Part shown: piece by piece, positions 17,557-26,360 of the stretch
Layout of the letters: every line of letters begins with the position of its first letter
Numbering within the stretch: the first letter of the stretch is position 1
IMG/VR virus record: IMGVR_UViG_3300022555_000023
Coordinates: 72,095-114,166 of that record
Source of the DNA: a virus
Lineage: Duplodnaviria > Heunggongvirae > Uroviricota > Caudoviricetes
Reading direction: 5' to 3' (one strand)
DNA: 42,072 bases
Translations under genes and position numbers: made by a program
Notes under the pieces: model-generated
The model's input: only the letters and a program-made list of their open reading frames with translations
Told to the model about the DNA's origin: nothing
Databases searched by the model: none

Positions 17557-17576
17557 TATCATGCAACCGCCGTGCC
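17557..17576 (-). promoter_or_regulatory. Sigma54-like motif, copy 4
   Basis: (T)GGCACGGCGGTTGCATGATA, an exact TGGCACG-N4-TTGCA match. Confidence 0.8.
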
Positions 17577-17590
17577 AGTCGCATTCAATT

Positions 17591-17920
17591 CTACAGTTCG
17601 CCGTCTGCGTCGGGCGGGGTGACCTCGTCCTCGACCTCGCCGAGGTTGTCGTTCACCATCGGCTGCTCGTAATGGGCCGAGACGGGGGCGGGCTCCAGGT
17701 TGCCGATTCGCTCGACCAACCCGTAGGTTTCACGCTGGCCGTTGCTACGGCGAACCAAATCGGGGTGGGCCGCGACCACTTCGCGGATCCACTCGGCGGG
17801 ACGGCAAGTCTTCGCCACAAGGGCATCGACGCTGCGGAACATAAAGGCTTGGTTGTCCAAGGCCAGGAACAAGGCGTACTCAGGCGTATCCTCGTCGGTG
17901 ATCACTTCGCGCCAGGGCAT
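17591..17920 (-). CDS. Hypothetical protein
   Basis: Probable start ATG 17920 (MPWREVITD). Confidence 0.55.
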   Translation of the reverse strand: MPWREVITDEDTPEYALFLALDNQAFMFRSVDALVAKTCRPAEWIREVVAAHPDLVRRSNGQRETYGLVERIGNLEPAPVSAHYEQPMVNDNLGEVEDEVTPPDADGEL

Positions 17921-18118
17921 GGTATTCTTCCTTCTGCTTTCAGGGTTTACCCAGAGGTCTTTCTGCTCCCCACTTCGTTTCAGAAGTGCAACCCTCGCCG
18001 AGTTGTGCGGTTGGGGCCATACTATCCCCGATTGTAGGCAGCCTCGCGGCACCGCATTTGAAGGAGCAGGAAAACATCTGGGTTGTCGGGTTGTTTAGCC
18101 TCGCGGCTCTGTGGGTAG

Positions 18119-18138
18119 TATCATGCAACCGCCGTGCC
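18119..18138 (-). promoter_or_regulatory. Sigma54-like motif, copy 5
   Basis: (TT)GGCACGGCGGTTGCATGATA, identical to copy 4. Confidence 0.8.
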
Positions 18139-18165
18139 AATTGCCAAAATTTGAATTCGCGGATT

Positions 18166-18777
18166 TCAGTCGTATTCCACGATAGTCCTGCCAGCCTGGG
18201 CCTGCCCGCTGACCGTTAGCCTGCGGCGGGGCAATGGACCGCGAACGGTCGGGGCTGGCGGGGCGTTGTCGAGGGACTTGCGGGTCAGGGGGCGGCGGGC
18301 GATAGGTCGCCGAACCAAACCTGCCGACGCGTGCGACGGTATTGGGGGCAGTTCGGCGGGTTCGGGCGTCTTGGCCCGTTCTACCACCGTACCCACTGCC
18401 ACGCCACGGCGGGCCGCCTGTGCGGCCACGGCGGGCTTGTGGGCCTTGCTATTGGCCCGCGTATCGGCCACAGACGGTCGGGGCGGCTGCGGTACGAACT
18501 TGGGGGCATCGGGGTCGGGGCGAGAACCCGGCGATGGTACGATCCGCCATTCGGCGGCCACGCTCCCGTCAGGGTTCTTGCGGGTGACGTGGGCCTCCAT
18601 ATCATACTCGCCCTTGGGCTTGCCCTCGATCTTCACCTCTTCATAGGTAATGCCGGTGCCTGCTGTCGCAACGAAGCAGCTATGTGCCGCCCATCGCAGG
18701 TTGCTTCCAGTGCCGTAGCTGACCGGCCTCCAGGTCGTATCCTTTGGTGTCTTGAATAGTGCTGTGACGTGCATCAT
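18166..18777 (-). CDS. Hypothetical protein, Pro/Arg-rich C-terminal half
   Basis: 203 aa, SD AGGAGG. Confidence 0.65.
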   Translation of the reverse strand: MMHVTALFKTPKDTTWRPVSYGTGSNLRWAAHSCFVATAGTGITYEEVKIEGKPKGEYDMEAHVTRKNPDGSVAAEWRIVPSPGSRPDPDAPKFVPQPPRPSVADTRANSKAHKPAVAAQAARRGVAVGTVVERAKTPEPAELPPIPSHASAGLVRRPIARRPLTRKSLDNAPPAPTVRGPLPRRRLTVSGQAQAGRTIVEYD

Positions 18778-19181
18778 CGGCGGCCTCCTTTCTGCCGCCC
18801 GGTTTTGGCTTTGGCAACCAGGCCGCGGTGTAGAAGTTCACGGGCCAGTGCGGTTTCGCGGGCCGTCTCGCGGGTGATCGTCTTACGGTCAAGCTGTGTT
18901 GCCGTCAATGGGTTGTCGTCGGATGCCAATCGCACCTCATACGCCACACCCTCACCGTCCTCGGCCCTGTCTACAGGATACCGTTTCCCGCGATAGGTGA
19001 TCCAGAAGTATTCGCGGGATCGTAGCGGCTGGCGGGTACAGCCACGCCAAACCGGCCAGACTGTGGTCGCCCGGTTCACGACCATCGTACCTTCGTGTTC
19101 GATCTCGTTTGTCCCTTGATCGATACAAGGCGGCACAAACCGCCAAATCCGAACCAGGGCGACGAAGCGTTTTGCCTTCAT
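18774..19181 (-). CDS. Hypothetical protein
   Basis: Start reassigned to ATG 19181 (SD AGGAGG). Confidence 0.6.
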   Translation of the reverse strand: MKAKRFVALVRIWRFVPPCIDQGTNEIEHEGTMVVNRATTVWPVWRGCTRQPLRSREYFWITYRGKRYPVDRAEDGEGVAYEVRLASDDNPLTATQLDRKTITRETARETALARELLHRGLVAKAKTGRQKGGRR

Positions 19182-19223
19182 GGGAAATCCTCCTTTCCCA
19201 ACCAGACACGCGATCATACATCC

Positions 19224-19526
19224 TTAGCCTGGATTTTCCAGGCGACGGCTATTAACTGCGGCAACAGCCTCAGCCAGGATGTCGTTGAAACGTCGGGCGG
19301 CGGGGTAACTCAGTCCGCACAGGTTCAAACAGATATTACCGCTTCCCAAATGAGCCCCACAGTGCGGACAAATCCATTCGCTGAATGCATCTCCCATGCC
19401 AAGGGCCTTGACATAGCAGTTCGGATCATCGCATGGCGTTGCCGGCAGGCCGCTGATAATAGGCGTGATCATATCAGACGCCTCGTGTCGCATTCCGGCT
19501 GCGGTGGCGGGCGACGAGTTCATCAA
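19224..19526 (-). CDS. Hypothetical Cys-motif (possible Zn-binding) protein
   Basis: CDDPNC...CPHC...CLNLC. Confidence 0.5.
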   Translation of the reverse strand: MMNSSPATAAGMRHEASDMITPIISGLPATPCDDPNCYVKALGMGDAFSEWICPHCGAHLGSGNICLNLCGLSYPAARRFNDILAEAVAAVNSRRLENPG

Positions 19527-20175
19527 AGGTGGCCTGGTTCAGTATCTCATCCCCCTCGTCCACAGGCGGATTCTTCGCCGCGATCTGGGCCTTCATGCTG
19601 GCGATGAACACCTCGGACAGGTCGTTAGCCTGGGCGTCGGGGGCCACCGTCAACTGCCGAGGCGGCGGGGCAGCAACCGGGGGCTTGGCCGACAACAGCG
19701 GACTGTCCTCGACTTTGACGTACCCGGCGTCTTTGCGGCGTTTGCGCTTTGGCCTCGGCTTCGGCGTACCGTTCGTGAGCGCGCGGGTATCCTCGGTCAC
19801 GCCCACACCAGCCTTGCCCGCGTTAGCCCGGCACTTCGCGTTGGAATCAAACGCCTTCCTCTCCGATGACTGGGCTCGCAGCGAGTCAGACGCTACCACA
19901 GCCTTGGCTGAAGACGCTCCGACGTGGGTTGCGGTCTTGTACGGGTCGGACATCAGCTTCCTGCGTCCTCCGCGAACATGGCCCAGGGTGATTCTGATCA
20001 TCTTACCGTCGACCAGAAACATCTTGCCGTTGGGGTAAATGCGGGGTGGATTGGCATCGGGGTTATCAACCTCAAAGTGATCTTCAACCATCCGGTGAGT
20101 CGCATCGGGGTTGTTGATCAGCCAGCGGGCGACTACATCCGAGCCGCTTTCTCGTTTAGGTCGTCGGAAGGGCAT
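19474..20175 (-). CDS. Hypothetical basic protein
   Basis: Start reassigned to ATG 20175 (SD AGGAG). Confidence 0.6.
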   Translation of the reverse strand: MPFRRPKRESGSDVVARWLINNPDATHRMVEDHFEVDNPDANPPRIYPNGKMFLVDGKMIRITLGHVRGGRRKLMSDPYKTATHVGASSAKAVVASDSLRAQSSERKAFDSNAKCRANAGKAGVGVTEDTRALTNGTPKPRPKRKRRKDAGYVKVEDSPLLSAKPPVAAPPPRQLTVAPDAQANDLSEVFIASMKAQIAAKNPPVDEGDEILNQATFDELVARHRSRNATRGV

Positions 20176-20300
20176 CGTACTTCTCCTGTGGTTGCAAGTT
20201 CTAATACCTCGTGTCACTAGACACATGCACAAACAACTACAGGCTGGGCAGAAAGATGATTCTGTCCAGCCTGCACCAACCTAAATCGTTGGCGTATCGA

Positions 20301-20699
20301 TCAGCCGGTCAATCCGACTTCCGATAGCTTCCAGGTGCCGGGCTCGCCGCCTTTGGCGAAACGGGCCTTGTCACCCTTACGCTTGATCTCGTTTTGGATT
20401 GCGGCGACCAGGGTCTGCTTGGGCGTCTTGCCTTCCGGCTTCCAGCCCGCCTCCTGGCACGCAGTCAACAGATCGTTCGCGGACATCTCCTTGTTCTTAC
20501 GCCGGCGGAGAACCTTCACCGCCGCTGCCGTGCCCGACATGGGCTTCTCGGCCTTACCGTTCGACTCCGCTGCGGCCTTTGGCTTCTCGGCCTTGGCTGG
20601 CTTCGCCGCCTCAGTTGTCTGCGCCCGCCGCCGTGCAGGAGCAGCCGTGGCAGTTCCGCCCTCGGTGTCTTCGCTCTTCGATGCTTTTGCTTTTGCCAT
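20301..20699 (-). CDS. HARE-HTH (HB1/ASXL/restriction endonuclease) winged-helix protein with a Lys/Ala-rich N-tail
   Basis: AAVKVL...EMSANDL......W.PEGKTPKQTLVAAIQNEIKRKG.KARFAK..PGTWKL; SD GAGGAG. Confidence 0.75.
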   Translation of the reverse strand: MAKAKASKSEDTEGGTATAAPARRRAQTTEAAKPAKAEKPKAAAESNGKAEKPMSGTAAAVKVLRRRKNKEMSANDLLTACQEAGWKPEGKTPKQTLVAAIQNEIKRKGDKARFAKGGEPGTWKLSEVGLTG

Positions 20700-20782
20700 G
20701 ACATCTCCTCGGTTGGTCGTCCCTGTCGGCAAATCAGCAGGGGCGATGGGTTCGGGCCGAACGTCGGCCCATATCTAAATAC

Positions 20783-20810
20783 ACTCTAGTTAATTCTATG
20801 CTACCGTCAA
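20783..20810 (-). promoter_or_regulatory. Sigma70-like promoter
   Basis: TTGACG-N16-TAGAGT; same -35 and spacing as 11116-11143. Confidence 0.4.
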
Positions 20811-21090
20811 GCCCTTGGAATCCGTATTCTGGCAAATCGGTCATTTCATCCAGACACCATCATCACCGATAACTAAAATCATCCTTGACTAGCCAAGTCG
20901 CCGAGTCTATCTTGGTACTGACGCGAGGCAAGCGATCCTTTCTGACGCCGGCGGTGATCATTACGGTCACCGACCGGCTTCTTTACTTTGAGGACTTGCC
21001 CCCGAGGCTGTGCTTGACCTACACTTCCATAGTTGGAAGACTGGATAAAAAATACCGCCAGATCATCATGGTGGGATTAGTTAGATAGTA

Positions 21091-21130
21091 AGCCGACGCG
21101 ACCACTACCAGCGGTCACGTCGGCTTTTTT
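21091..21130 (+). terminator. Intrinsic terminator-like hairpin
   Basis: AGCCGACG(CGACC)...(GGTCA)CGTCGGCT followed by TTTTT. Confidence 0.65.
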
Positions 21131-21155
21131 CGTTTCCTCTAGCCGAAGGCGTATC

Positions 21156-21383
21156 ATGATGCGAGTTATGAACCGCAAGCCTAACGAATCAGTTATCATT
21201 GGCGGCAACGATGGCATCAGCCGCCGGATCAGCGTTCACGTGGTGGCCATCAACAACGGAACCGTGACGCTGGGTTTCGACTGCATAGACGTGCAGCGTA
21301 AGGAAATGTGGGACTCCATCCACATCGAAACCCGCCCGCGGCCTGCATACATGAACAAACCGCTAGAACTCGTCGCACGTTAG
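21156..21383 (+). CDS. csrA: CsrA/RsmA-family protein (copy 2)
   Basis: MMRVMNRKPNESVIIGG...ISVHVVAINNGTVTLGF..DVQRKEMW. Confidence 0.7.
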   Translation: MMRVMNRKPNESVIIGGNDGISRRISVHVVAINNGTVTLGFDCIDVQRKEMWDSIHIETRPRPAYMNKPLELVAR

Positions 21384-21389
21384 ACGGCG

Positions 21390-21602
21390 TTACTCGCTGC
21401 GTCCTATATTCCGCCATCCGATACTACGCAATTCGCGGATAGTATTGCGCACGTAACTTCGGCCAAATGAAATGGCTGGACGTTTCGGCTCGTAGCCCTC
21501 GTCTTCCAGCATTCGCATAACGTCGTCGACGGTCAGGTCGGGATCGCGGCAAAATAACTCACGAGCACGGGAGGTGACTGCTTTAGCTTGTAGTGCGGGC
21601 AT
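21390..21602 (-). CDS. Hypothetical protein, paralogue of the C-domain of 9696-10349
   Basis: SRARELFCRDPDL...LEDEGYE...VRNTIRELRSIG. Confidence 0.7.
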   Translation of the reverse strand: MPALQAKAVTSRARELFCRDPDLTVDDVMRMLEDEGYEPKRPAISFGRSYVRNTIRELRSIGWRNIGRSE

Positions 21603-21636
21603 GTTGTATTACCTTCTTTCTACATCACTGAACACA

Positions 21637-23187
21637 TCATATCTTCGCTCGCCCGCCAAGAAGTTCCTCCATCAGGTTCTTGCCGGCTCGAACTGCCGCC
21701 AGTATCTTCACGTCGATGGTGTTTCGCATCACGAGATCGTAATAGTGAACGCTCTCGGTCTGCCCGGCCCGGTGGCAGCGTTTCTCAGCCTGCTGCCTGA
21801 CGATGGGGCTCACGGGACACTCGTAGAATACGCAGTAGTTCGCGGCCTGGAGGTTCAGGCCCAACGCACCGGCCTGGTCGTTGAGGATCAGCACGCGGCA
21901 GTCGGGATCCGTCCGGAACCTGTCGATGCGTTTCGTCTTGTTGTTCGCCCCGCCCCACACCCGCTCATAGTTCATGCCAAGGATGAATCCCACAAGCCCT
22001 TCCAGAATCTCGCCCGTATGGACGTAGCTGTGGAATATCACCATCTTCTTGTTGGGCGGCAGAAGCTCCAGTAGTTCCTGTGCGGCGTCGAGCTTTGGAT
22101 TCGGCCTGAAGTCCGAATACACCTTATCGCCGGTCTCGTTGCGGCCCGTCATGAACCCAGAGGTAAGCTGCCGCATCAACACGAACACATTCTGCATCAC
22201 CGTGATATCGCCGGTGGCCTCGCGGAAATCGTGAACCACGCGTTCGTAATGGGTCAGCAAATCGGCAGGGGCCGGCACATGGATGGTCTGGAATATCTGC
22301 GCAGGCAGATCCATGCACTCCTTCTCGTCGTATCGCAGCGTACTGTGGTCGAGGAATCGGCGGATGTCCTTCTGGTGGCTTTTCTTCAGCGTCCACTCCG
22401 TGCCGCCGAAGTATCCCTGCTTGCCCGAGAAACACGCCTCACGCAGAAGGCCCAGGCTTTCGCCCAGGCTTTCACCGTAATCAATGACATAGTACTGCGA
22501 CCACAGGTCTTGCGGATCGCTGCCGAATGGTGTGCCGGTCAAGCAATACCGGAATCGGGCGTGCGTTCCAATCTTGCGGCACAGACGGAAGTACAGGCTG
22601 TCCTGTGACTTGATACTGGTACTTTCGTCGCAAACCAGGATATCGAACTGTTTGATGATTTTGTCGGCGTGCCTGCCGATCACCCACTTGTTCTTGCCCG
22701 GCTTCTTGGTGTTGCGTTCGGTCTTGCTGCACATAGCCAGGAACCCCTGGTACGTTACCACCACGACGTCCACGTCGGGCCGTGTGGCCTGCTCGATGCG
22801 GGCCTCGCGTCCTTCTGCATCGATCACCTGCACCCGCAGGTGCGGGGCGTGCAGGCGGGCCTCATCCTCCCACACGCCACAGACGGTGACGGTCGGCACA
22901 AGCACTAGAGCCTTCTTCGCCACGCCACACGACAGCTTATCGCAGATAATCATGTAGCTTGTATATGTCTTGCCCAGCCCCAGGCCGAACATTAGCATCA
23001 ACGCGTCGTATTTGGCCGCCGCCAGAAAGGCCACCTTCTGGTGGTGGCGGGGCGGCGTATGAAACACGGGCGACGGATCCAGGGCGGCGATGCGTCTATC
23101 GACTTCCGCCGGCGGGATGAGCTTCAGACGCGACACGCTCCGCAGCGGTCGGTCTAACCAATCGAGAATTGCGGTCTTTGCAATCAT
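21637..23187 (-). CDS. SNF2-family (superfamily 2) helicase/ATPase
   Basis: FGLGLGKT, ILVCDEST, LTGTP, GALGLNLQAAN, QAEKRCHRAGQ. Start ATG 23187 (ATGA overlap). Confidence 0.88.
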   Translation of the reverse strand: MIAKTAILDWLDRPLRSVSRLKLIPPAEVDRRIAALDPSPVFHTPPRHHQKVAFLAAAKYDALMLMFGLGLGKTYTSYMIICDKLSCGVAKKALVLVPTVTVCGVWEDEARLHAPHLRVQVIDAEGREARIEQATRPDVDVVVVTYQGFLAMCSKTERNTKKPGKNKWVIGRHADKIIKQFDILVCDESTSIKSQDSLYFRLCRKIGTHARFRYCLTGTPFGSDPQDLWSQYYVIDYGESLGESLGLLREACFSGKQGYFGGTEWTLKKSHQKDIRRFLDHSTLRYDEKECMDLPAQIFQTIHVPAPADLLTHYERVVHDFREATGDITVMQNVFVLMRQLTSGFMTGRNETGDKVYSDFRPNPKLDAAQELLELLPPNKKMVIFHSYVHTGEILEGLVGFILGMNYERVWGGANNKTKRIDRFRTDPDCRVLILNDQAGALGLNLQAANYCVFYECPVSPIVRQQAEKRCHRAGQTESVHYYDLVMRNTIDVKILAAVRAGKNLMEELLGGRAKI

Positions 23188-23756
23188 ATCTCGCCTGTGC
23201 TGGCCATGCGGCGACGCACGGGCGGCGTCACCGTGATCGATGGCTGCATGCACCGCTGATAGCTCTCGCTGTCCATCAAGTCCTGAAGCTGACGGCACTC
23301 AATGCTCTTCCTACCGTGCCGGTGGGCGACCGAGAAGAACCAGCCCACCTCGTAGTCGTGGTGCTTGCCGCAGAACAACGGGCGTTCATAGTCATCCCGC
23401 TTCACCGAACCGTCGCTGGCCAACTTCGGCACGAGGTGCGACAGTTCGTGGTCGATCAGAGCCGTGCGTTCCTCGGAGTCCATCTCCTCCCACGCCTCCC
23501 TGTCGATCTTCAGGTGGGTGTCCGCTTGGCCCAAGGCTCGTTCGTCGGGCTTTGTCTGGCGGATAATGGCGTAGGCTTTGTGCCCGTGAAATTTAAGGGC
23601 CGGGCCAGTCGGGTCGCCGTTCTGGTCGCGAGGCGGCATAGCCATCAGAATATCGACCGTGGTCTCCAGGGCCGATAGCCCACCGTGGTATAACCGCATG
23701 ACGCTGTTGACGAATTCCTTCACCGAATCGTCGGCGACCTCATAGGTTGTTGGCAT
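23184..23756 (-). CDS. Putative phage metallopeptidase
   Basis: IDREAWEEMDSEERTALIDHELSHL (HExxH)...HDYEVGWF. Confidence 0.75.
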   Translation of the reverse strand: MPTTYEVADDSVKEFVNSVMRLYHGGLSALETTVDILMAMPPRDQNGDPTGPALKFHGHKAYAIIRQTKPDERALGQADTHLKIDREAWEEMDSEERTALIDHELSHLVPKLASDGSVKRDDYERPLFCGKHHDYEVGWFFSVAHRHGRKSIECRQLQDLMDSESYQRCMQPSITVTPPVRRRMASTGEI

Positions 23757-23833
23757 AATATTTGGGTCCGATTGTTGGTGCTATACGCAACGAGGATACC
23801 ATCCACGTCGACTGGCAACAAGACCAGACACCG

Positions 23834-24754
23834 TCAAACTTGGATCATACTGAATGGATCGATGCGTTCCGTTACGGCGGCCCGCATCAGCTTATCCATC
23901 GCTCGGGCCTCCAACTGCCGAATGCGTTCTTTGCCGACGCCAAGGGCCTTGCCGACGTCCGTAAGAGTCATCGCGTCGCGATCAAGTCCGAATCGGCTGA
24001 CAATGATGAAATGCTCGCGTTCGTCAAGGTGCTGAAGCATCTTGGCGATTCCATGCTGCCGGGCCTGCATCACGTCAACACGATGCGGAAGGTCGCTTAA
24101 CGGGCTTTCCACGTTATCCAGCGGGTTCTCCTCGCCCGTGCGGAAACGTGCCAGTTGCCGAATCTCCACAGCGATGCTGCGTGAATAGTTCTTGATCAAT
24201 GCCCAGGTCGCATAGGTTGAAAACCTGAAGCCGCGGTCGTAATCGAACCTGTCCACAGCCCGCATCAGGGAGATATTGCCGTCGCTAATCAGGTCGAACA
24301 GTTCATCGCTGCTGTGTGCATACCGGCGGGCGATGTTCACCACCAGTCGCAAGTTGGCCGTGATGATCTCGTTGCGGACGGCCATAGCCTGGTCGGCTAA
24401 TTGCAGAATCTCATGCATGGCCCGCACGGATGGCCGGTGCGAATCAAGATCATCTCGCAGGCGGGACGTCTTGTATTTCAAGTAGTTCATCTTGCGGAAC
24501 AGGTGAGCCTCCTGTTCCCGCGTCAGCAGGGGCGTATCGTACAGTGCCCGCAGGTACGGAGGCAGGCCCGGTGTGGGTTTCACGGCCTTCACGGGCGGTC
24601 CTACCGGGCGATCCGCAAGGATGCGTGCCTCCTGTCGGGATTTGACGCGGCTAAATGATATGTTCGGAATATAAACCAAGTCCAGCTCACGCACCCGAAC
24701 AATCAGGCGGTGACGAACAGCGTCAATGGGTCTGCGGGCCACGGATGTGAGCAT
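23834..24754 (-). CDS. Sigma70-family (RpoD/RpoS-like) sigma factor
   Basis: YLRALYDTPLLTREQE, ANLRLVVNIARRY, LISDGNISLMRAVDRFDYDRGFRFSTYATWA, region 4 TLTDVGKALGVGKERIRQLEARAM. SD AGGAG. Confidence 0.92.
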   Translation of the reverse strand: MLTSVARRPIDAVRHRLIVRVRELDLVYIPNISFSRVKSRQEARILADRPVGPPVKAVKPTPGLPPYLRALYDTPLLTREQEAHLFRKMNYLKYKTSRLRDDLDSHRPSVRAMHEILQLADQAMAVRNEIITANLRLVVNIARRYAHSSDELFDLISDGNISLMRAVDRFDYDRGFRFSTYATWALIKNYSRSIAVEIRQLARFRTGEENPLDNVESPLSDLPHRVDVMQARQHGIAKMLQHLDEREHFIIVSRFGLDRDAMTLTDVGKALGVGKERIRQLEARAMDKLMRAAVTERIDPFSMIQV

Positions 24755-24801
24755 GTTATTTCTCCTAGCGAACCAGACACGCCTCATTATGACAGGTTCT
24801 A

Positions 24802-26352
24802 TCAAACGTGGCCACTTGCATTAGCACTTCCGCTATATGCCGCAAGAACCGGGTCCGGTCGGGCTCTTCCCTGAGCCCGACCTCGCGGCGGAGCGACGGC
24901 AGTCTCTCCGTCGTCCTCCGCTTCCCGTTCAGGCACTCGTTGCCGCCCACTTCGCGCGGTATTAGAATCGCGATCCGGCGATCCACGCGGCGGGTAACAA
25001 TCCTTGTCGATGTAAGCACAGTCCACGGCGAACGTATTCGTATCGTAGCACTGGCTGATGAGAAACTCGAAGCTGCTCTTGACGTTGCGGCCCAGCACGA
25101 ACAGGCGGGCGAGGTTGGCCTTCTTCTCGTCGTCGGTCTGGCTGTAGAAGATGCCCTTGTCAAACGTCATCACCTTGCCGAACGATTCAGCAACGTCGTG
25201 AGCCCGCACGTTCTTCTTGTGAGCCCCGTCGCGGTTCGTCTGGCTGGCCACCACCACGGCACACGCCATCTCACTGGCGATGCCGCGAAGCCCGACCAGA
25301 ATTTTGTCTAGCTGAATACGATAGTCGCGGTTGCTGGACTGGTCTTCCTTCATCAGGTCGGGATAATCAACCAGGAGCAGGTCGGGGACGTAGTTATGCA
25401 CGCTTTCCAAGGCCCGCAGCCACTTCCGCAGGGCCATCACCGAAAGCTGGCCGCTGGGGAACTCCTTAATCTTCAGGGGTAGCCTGCCCTTGAACTTCCG
25501 CAGGAACTTGTTGATGACTCGGTCGCCCTCGTCGGTGCCGAACCGGGCTGGGTTGGGAACCTCCGTGGTGCCGCAGTCGAGGAACTTGCCTTCCTCGTCC
25601 TTTTGAATCCACGGCCTGGTGATCGTATCTGCGTCGCCCATCGTCGTCATGGTTCGCACATAGCGATACATGATCTCCTCTTGCGACATCTCCAAGGTCA
25701 CGTGGCAGACCTTCTTGCGCTGGAGCATGGCCCGCTTGCCAAACTGTACCATCGCAAAGGTCTTGCCGTGCTTCGCTGGGGCGACGAACATCAGCATCTC
25801 TTTGCGGGCGGGCGTCACGCGATGCTTGTCGAGGATTTCGATGCCGGTCTCGAAGCTGTCGTTCTGCTCGCGGTGCTGCGGGCCAACGAACTTACCCAGA
25901 AGATTCAGGTCGAGGCCAGGGTCAAGGGCTGCGTCACGTTCGTCGGCGGCCTTCACCATCGCGTGCATCGCGGCCTCGTCATCGCCGGCGTTGTGCAGTT
26001 CGATGATCCTTCGCAGTGCCAGGCTCATGTTCTGCGTTCGCATGAACCGCCGCAGCTTGGGGACGGTGTAGTCCTCGTTGACGGTCGTCTTGGCGTCGAG
26101 AATCGACCGCTGAATGTGATCGTAAGTATCCTCGTCGTCGGGGTAGCGTTCCCGCAGTTCCTCGATCATGTTGATGAACAGATCTTTGGGCGGGCAGTGA
26201 TGCTCGTCGATATAGGCGTACAGCTTATCGGCGAGGTTGCGTACCTCGGCGGGTTCGTACAGGGTCGTGGGACAGATAGCTGAGATTGTTTTGCCGCCGC
26301 GGTCGCGGTAACAGCAAATGGTGAGCAGGTCTATCTGCTCAAGGTAATTCAT
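24802..26352 (-). CDS. dnaB: DnaB-like replicative helicase
   Basis: APAKHGKT, VTLEMS, LLLVDYPDLM, VVVASQTNR, VAESFGKV. Confidence 0.85.
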   Translation of the reverse strand: MNYLEQIDLLTICCYRDRGGKTISAICPTTLYEPAEVRNLADKLYAYIDEHHCPPKDLFINMIEELRERYPDDEDTYDHIQRSILDAKTTVNEDYTVPKLRRFMRTQNMSLALRRIIELHNAGDDEAAMHAMVKAADERDAALDPGLDLNLLGKFVGPQHREQNDSFETGIEILDKHRVTPARKEMLMFVAPAKHGKTFAMVQFGKRAMLQRKKVCHVTLEMSQEEIMYRYVRTMTTMGDADTITRPWIQKDEEGKFLDCGTTEVPNPARFGTDEGDRVINKFLRKFKGRLPLKIKEFPSGQLSVMALRKWLRALESVHNYVPDLLLVDYPDLMKEDQSSNRDYRIQLDKILVGLRGIASEMACAVVVASQTNRDGAHKKNVRAHDVAESFGKVMTFDKGIFYSQTDDEKKANLARLFVLGRNVKSSFEFLISQCYDTNTFAVDCAYIDKDCYPPRGSPDRDSNTARSGRQRVPEREAEDDGETAVAPPRGRAQGRARPDPVLAAYSGSANASGHV

Positions 26353-26360
26353 GCTCACAA

